From NCBI GenBank assembly GCA_017477845.1, contig JAFUTR010000009.1, positions 1-60,914 on the forward strand: a DNA stretch of 60,914 bases, written 5' to 3'. The notes under the pieces were generated by a model. It was not told the origin of the DNA, searched no databases, and was given only the letters and a program-made list of their open reading frames with translations. Position 1 is the stretch's first letter, and each line of letters starts with the position of its first letter. The position numbers and the translations under genes were made by a program. Source of the stretch: Bacilli bacterium (GTDB lineage Bacteria; Bacillota_I; Bacilli_A; RF39; UBA660). Below, in pieces: positions 56,146-60,914 of this stretch.

Positions 56146-56568
56146 TTAATCGTCTTCGTCGATTATCTTTTTAATTGCTCCCATTGGAAGAAGTGCACAT
56201 TTCTTTCTGCTAGGTTGTTTATATACTTCATTATAAATGTTTAACTCTCCTAATACTTCTTCATTATATGGAAGTTCATTAATCATTCTTTCAAAATTAT
56301 CAATGATTAATTCTGCTTCCTCAACTGATTTTCCTTTTAGTTCTTTTGTCATTACACTTGATGCTGATGTACAAATTGCACAAGCATCTCCATCGAATTT
56401 TACATCTTCTATTTTTCCATCTATTACTTTTGCTGCAACTGTAATATTATCTACGCATGATTCATTTCTTGAGTTAACTTTTTCATATGCCTCATCATTT
56501 GGTAACCCTTTGTTTGCTGGGTTTTGATAGTTATCTAATATTATGTCTCTTTTTAATTTTACATCCAT
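56146..56568 (-). CDS. sufU: SufU/IscU-type Fe-S scaffold/sulfur-transfer protein
   Basis: Three conserved Cys contexts: ESCVD, GDACAICTSS, KKCALLP. Confidence 0.85.
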   Translation of the reverse strand: MDVKLKRDIILDNYQNPANKGLPNDEAYEKVNSRNESCVDNITVAAKVIDGKIEDVKFDGDACAICTSASSVMTKELKGKSVEEAELIIDNFERMINELPYNEEVLGELNIYNEVYKQPSRKKCALLPMGAIKKIIDEDD

Positions 56569-56587
56569 ATTTATCCCTTTCTTCTTT

Positions 56588-57784
56588 CTATACTATTGTA
56601 TCAAGAATCTTATCTTGATTTTTTAATGCCTCTATTAGTACATCTATTTCTTCTTTAGTGTTATAAAAGTATAAGCTTACACGACATGTGTTAGTACTGC
56701 AAATAACTTCTTGTAACATTTTTGCACAGTGATTACCTGCTCTAATACATATTTTGTATGTATTTAAGTATATTGCAACATCTTGACTAAAATATTCTCC
56801 TACATTAAATAGTAGTACTCCTGATTCAAAATTTTCATTATATAGTTTAATATTTGGTACTTCTTTAATTCTATTTATTAGATATTTTTTTAATTTTATT
56901 TCATAGTTATGAATATTATCTAGTCCAATATTTTCTAAGTAATCTATTGCAGCACCTAATCCTATAACTCCCGCTATGTTTCTTGTTCCTGCTTCTAATC
57001 TATGTGGAAGTTCTTTTAATGAATATTCTCCATCACTAGAGAAAGCTATATTCATTCCTCCACCATATTCAAGTGGTATTAATTTTTCTAATAAATCTTT
57101 TTTCCCATATAATACTCCCACTCCGGTTGGTCCAAGCATTTTATGAGCAGAAAAACCCAAAAAGTCTATATTATTTTCTTTAACATCTACTTTCATATGA
57201 CCAATACTTTGAGTAGCATCAAGAACAAAAATTATATTGTTTTCTTTGCATAGATTTCCTATTTCTTTTATTGGTCTTACATCTCCTATTGCATTTGTAA
57301 TATGTGCTAGTGAGATTACTTTTGTTTTATCTGTTATTATATTTTTTAACTCTTCTATTTTAAGACTATTATCATCAGCTAAATTTGCATATTTAATTTT
57401 AAAACCTATTTTTTTAGATAAAGTTACCCAAGGAAGAATATTTGATGCATGTTCTCCTTTTGTTAGAATAACTTCATCATCTTCTTTAAGGTAATATGCC
57501 ATATATCCAAAAACTATCATATTAAAAGCTTCAGTTGATCCTTTAGTAAATATTATCTCTTTGCTTGAATCTGCATTTATAAATTTTTTTACTTTATCCC
57601 TTACACCTTCATACTTCTCATCAACTTTTAGACTAATGTCATAGTCTCCTCTATGCGCGTTTGCCGTATACTTTGTGTAGTACTCAACTATCGCATTAAC
57701 TACGCTTCTTGGTTTTTGAGTTGTAGCAGCATTATCGAAATAAATAATGTTATCATTAAATATCTCAAAATCTTCTTTATTCAA
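56588..57784 (-). CDS. sufS: cysteine desulfurase SufS
   Basis: PLP-lysine motif SAHKMLGPTGVGVLYG and catalytic-Cys motif RAGNHCA. Confidence 0.92.
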   Translation of the reverse strand: MNKEDFEIFNDNIIYFDNAATTQKPRSVVNAIVEYYTKYTANAHRGDYDISLKVDEKYEGVRDKVKKFINADSSKEIIFTKGSTEAFNMIVFGYMAYYLKEDDEVILTKGEHASNILPWVTLSKKIGFKIKYANLADDNSLKIEELKNIITDKTKVISLAHITNAIGDVRPIKEIGNLCKENNIIFVLDATQSIGHMKVDVKENNIDFLGFSAHKMLGPTGVGVLYGKKDLLEKLIPLEYGGGMNIAFSSDGEYSLKELPHRLEAGTRNIAGVIGLGAAIDYLENIGLDNIHNYEIKLKKYLINRIKEVPNIKLYNENFESGVLLFNVGEYFSQDVAIYLNTYKICIRAGNHCAKMLQEVICSTNTCRVSLYFYNTKEEIDVLIEALKNQDKILDTIV

Positions 57785-57797
57785 TATATCACCTCCA

Positions 57798-58511
57798 TTA
57801 TTTATTAATTGTTTCTATAATTGAAGAGAATATATCTCTTTCTTTTTCTTGTAATTCCATTCCATTTAATAAGAATGATTTTATTAGTAAATCGTCACAC
57901 TCATTACTTGTTAGTCCTCTTGACATCATATAGAATTTTGTATCTTCATCAAAAGTTCCAATATATGCTGAGTGACTTGCATTTATATCATTATTATCTA
58001 CAATTAGGTTTGGTAAAATATTACTTTTCCCATTTCTTAAGTTAATAATCTTATTATCTTGTTTTAAGTCTACTCTTTCCGCATCTTTTTCTATTATTCC
58101 ATCAATTACAAATTTAAATTCATTATCAAAGATATTAATACAATGATTTCTTATTTTACTAGTTGTATCATCACTTTTATGATTTATTATTTGTTTATAT
58201 ATGTTATCTTTATAATTGATAATACTTGTTGTATATTTAACTATTGAATTTTTATCATTTAGTACTATTTCAATTTCATCACTTGAATCAATTGCTAATT
58301 TATTTATAGTTACTTCACAATTATCATCTATTATATATTTTATCTTATTTTTGGTATTATTTGTTTTAATAAATCCTTTTAGACAGGTACCATTTACAAC
58401 ATGTATCGAAATATATCTTTCAGTATTTGAAAGATCAACCGTCATTTCTGTGTCATTTATAACAAAAATATCATTATCTTCTATACTGTTATCTATTACT
58501 AATTTATTCAT
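57798..58511 (-). CDS. sufD: short SufD-like Fe-S assembly protein
   Basis: Position between sufC and sufS. C-terminal SufBD-like block INASHSAYIGTFDEDTKFYMMSRGL. Start MNKL overlaps the sufC stop by 8 nt. Confidence 0.75.
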   Translation of the reverse strand: MNKLVIDNSIEDNDIFVINDTEMTVDLSNTERYISIHVVNGTCLKGFIKTNNTKNKIKYIIDDNCEVTINKLAIDSSDEIEIVLNDKNSIVKYTTSIINYKDNIYKQIINHKSDDTTSKIRNHCINIFDNEFKFVIDGIIEKDAERVDLKQDNKIINLRNGKSNILPNLIVDNNDINASHSAYIGTFDEDTKFYMMSRGLTSNECDDLLIKSFLLNGMELQEKERDIFSSIIETINK

Positions 58512-59262
58512 TTTCTTTTTCACTACCCATAACAGATGTATCAGAATATCCACTTTTTTCTATTTCAAATGCTAAATTGTAGTCTCCTGTCTTAACTATT
58601 TTCCCACATACCATCATATGTACAAATTGTGGTTTAATATATTCTAGTATTCTCGGATAATGAGTAATTATTAAAACTGATGTTTTCTTATGGCTTTCTA
58701 GATATTTATTAATTGCTTCACAAACTTTTTTTAAACTATCAATATCAAGTCCTGAATCAAGTTCATCAAGAATTATAAACTCTGGTTCTAAAAGTGAAAG
58801 TTGTAATACTTCATTTTTCTTTCTTTCTCCTCCACTTGCCCCTACATTTACAGCACGATGAATCATTTCTTCACTGAAATCTAATTCTTTAACTTTTTCT
58901 TTTATTTCCTTTACAAATTCAAAAAGTCCAATAGCATTTTCTCTTCTTTCGTTAATTGCTGTTTTTAAAAACTCGCTGTTTTGAACTCCTTCTATACTAA
59001 TCGGATTTTGAAAAGCAACAAATATACCTTTTCTTGCTATTTCATCTGTTTTTAATCCTAATATTGATTCTTTTTTAAATATAATGTCTCCACTTACGAC
59101 TTCATAATTTTTATTTCCTAATATAACTTTAGAAAGAGTCGATTTTCCTGTTCCATTAGGGCCCATTATGGCATGTATTTCTCCTTCTTTTATATCTAAA
59201 TTAAAATCATTTAATATATTTTTATCTTTAACTTTAACAAAGAGTTTCTTTATACTTAGCAT
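58504..59262 (-). CDS. sufC: Fe-S cluster assembly ATPase SufC
   Basis: Walker A GPNGTGKST, signature SGGERKK, Walker B FIILDELDSGLD. Confidence 0.93.
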   Translation of the reverse strand: MLSIKKLFVKVKDKNILNDFNLDIKEGEIHAIMGPNGTGKSTLSKVILGNKNYEVVSGDIIFKKESILGLKTDEIARKGIFVAFQNPISIEGVQNSEFLKTAINERRENAIGLFEFVKEIKEKVKELDFSEEMIHRAVNVGASGGERKKNEVLQLSLLEPEFIILDELDSGLDIDSLKKVCEAINKYLESHKKTSVLIITHYPRILEYIKPQFVHMMVCGKIVKTGDYNLAFEIEKSGYSDTSVMGSEKENE

Positions 59263-59437
59263 TTTTTCACCTCTAACTGTTAATTATTATAACATATTTT
59301 CAAATATTTTTTATTAATAAGTGAATAAAAATAATGATTTGTCTTCAATATATTATTGATATTTGAGTATTCACGAAAAAGAAAGTTTAACTTTCTTTTT
59401 TCTATGATAAAATATATTTGAAAGAGAGATGATTTTT

Positions 59438-59827
59438 ATGGATTGTTTATTTTGTAAAATTGTTAATGGAGAGATTCCAAGTAAAACTATTTACGAAGAT
59501 GATTTAATTAAAGTATTTTTAGATATTAATCCTACTACTAATGGGGATATGCTTATTGTACCTAAAAAGCATTATGAAAATATAATGGATATTGATGATA
59601 AATTAATTCCTCATATTCATAATATTGCTAAAGAAATGTTTATTATGTTAAAGCAGAAACTTTCGGTTGATGGATTAACTCTTGTTCAAAATAATGAACA
59701 TGGGCAAGAAATTAAACATTATCACTTACATGTTACTCCAAGATATACTAATGATGAAATAATGCAAAGTAGCAATAAAAAAATATTAGTTAGCGTTGAG
59801 GATGTTTTTGAACAAATTAAAAATTAG
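59438..59827 (+). CDS. HIT-family nucleotide hydrolase
   Basis: CLFCKI...histidine triad HYHLHVTP. Confidence 0.88.
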   Translation: MDCLFCKIVNGEIPSKTIYEDDLIKVFLDINPTTNGDMLIVPKKHYENIMDIDDKLIPHIHNIAKEMFIMLKQKLSVDGLTLVQNNEHGQEIKHYHLHVTPRYTNDEIMQSSNKKILVSVEDVFEQIKN

Positions 59828-59846
59828 AGATTACTCTCTAATTTTT

Positions 59847-60689
59847 TCATAAGTAAATTGTCTTATTATTAGTCTTTCTTCTATTTAAATTAAACTTATT
59901 ATTTATATTTGATGATCTTTCAAGTATTTTTCTTGTAAAATCCGATATTTCTGTTTTGCTTGTTGGAAATTCGATATTTCTATCCATCATTTGTGAGCAT
60001 AATGCGACAAACTCAATCATATACATTTCTTTTTTGCTTTTAAATGATGCTTCATCTAATAGTCCATCATACATTTCAAAACTATTAGTGTCACTAACTA
60101 GTTTATTTAGTTTTTGGTAATATGAATCAAGTGCTATGTCATTTGCTATTATTCCAAAATTTTTATTTGGATCACTAACTGTTTGTGAAGACTCAAATTC
60201 TCCAGAGTACAAGTGTCTTATCGTATCTGATTGAATTAAATCAAGTGACATATATTTATGAAGATTCTTTTTTAATTCACATTCTGGTAATTCATTATTT
60301 AAATACCACATATATACTAAAAATTTATATTTATAATGTTCCTCAATAAATGCATCACCTTTAATATTAACATCAAAACCAAGCATTAAATTAGTTTTAT
60401 TATCAATATCAGTTTTTTGAACGAATAAAAGTAAAGTTAAGTAATCAAATGTCTTCTCATCTTCAAAGTCTATTTTAGATTTTAAATAGTCGATAACTGT
60501 TCTAATTTTATATTTTTTTAATAATTCTTGGATAGTTTTATTAGTATCATTTTTTATATTTTTAAATAAATCCATATATTCTTGTTCTGCTTCAGTATTA
60601 TCTTCGTATTCTTTTAATATTATATTACCTAGTATTCTTTCTTTTCTAATACTTCTTACTGCTCTATCTACTAATTCTTGAATTTCCAT
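59847..60689 (-). CDS. hypothetical protein (280 aa)
   Basis: Intact ORF. No motif recognised. Confidence 0.5.
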   Translation of the reverse strand: MEIQELVDRAVRSIRKERILGNIILKEYEDNTEAEQEYMDLFKNIKNDTNKTIQELLKKYKIRTVIDYLKSKIDFEDEKTFDYLTLLLFVQKTDIDNKTNLMLGFDVNIKGDAFIEEHYKYKFLVYMWYLNNELPECELKKNLHKYMSLDLIQSDTIRHLYSGEFESSQTVSDPNKNFGIIANDIALDSYYQKLNKLVSDTNSFEMYDGLLDEASFKSKKEMYMIEFVALCSQMMDRNIEFPTSKTEISDFTRKILERSSNINNKFNLNRRKTNNKTIYL

Positions 60690-60890
60690 TTTTACATCTC
60701 CAAAAGCCCTAAATGTTTACTATTTTATCACAGAAATGTTAAAAAGCAAGTAATATACTTGCTAATAAATTTAAATGTTAATTGAAAAGTTAAGTTGGAC
60801 ACTAAATTTATTAATGTTCCACTTAATCTTTCAAACATCACGTGTTATAATATGCTCTGATATATTGTCCACATGAAGGAGGAAATATAA

Positions 60891-60914
60891 ATGACAACTA
60901 TATCAAATTACAAA
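60891..60914 (+). CDS. 5' end of an unidentified gene (truncated by the window edge)
   Basis: AGGAGGAAATATAAATG with an extended -10 TGTTATAAT about 40 nt upstream. Only 8 codons are visible. Confidence 0.3.

Overview
Very AT-rich chromosomal window from a low-GC Gram-positive bacterium. This is inferred from Cse60- and CotF-like spore genes, T-box leaders, a sufCDSUB operon and LtaS, which suggest a sporulating Bacillota, possibly Erysipelotrichia or Clostridia-like. No homology search was possible, so all calls rest on motifs read in the ORF translations and on DNA patterns.

Backbone genes: ileS and leuS (each behind a T-box leader), a TetR-MMPL-YhgE/Pip-like unit, TtcA-like PP-loop ATPase, CopA, an anchored ComEC-type MBL hydrolase, a giant BspA/DUF285-repeat surface protein, a MacB-type ABC fusion, a WG-repeat protein, GH31, a TIGR01212 radical SAM protein, LtaS, desulfoferrodoxin, RelQ-type alarmone synthetase, SSB, sufCDSUB and HIT.

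Accessory content:
(1) A ~13.2 kb integrative mobilizable element (38559-51723) is bounded by 21-bp direct repeats made of tandem TTAGGTAGCA units. It carries a tyrosine integrase, MobV relaxase, RecA-like ATPase, Xis-like HTH, XRE regulators and an AbiEi/AbiEii pair. It also carries a tightly coupled nine-gene cassette that looks like a type VIIb secretion effector module: two WXG100/Lap-like small helical proteins, three tandem DUF4176-like paralogs, a helical Cys-rich protein, a 432-aa glycine-zipper candidate membrane toxin, and a 2-TM candidate immunity protein. No T7SS core gene is present in the window. I rate this the most interesting locus.
(2) A WYL-regulator locus (13960-16313). A 15-nt motif is shared by the promoter regions of the regulator operon and of a terminator-bounded two-gene module of unknown function.

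No rRNA, tRNA or CRISPR array was seen.
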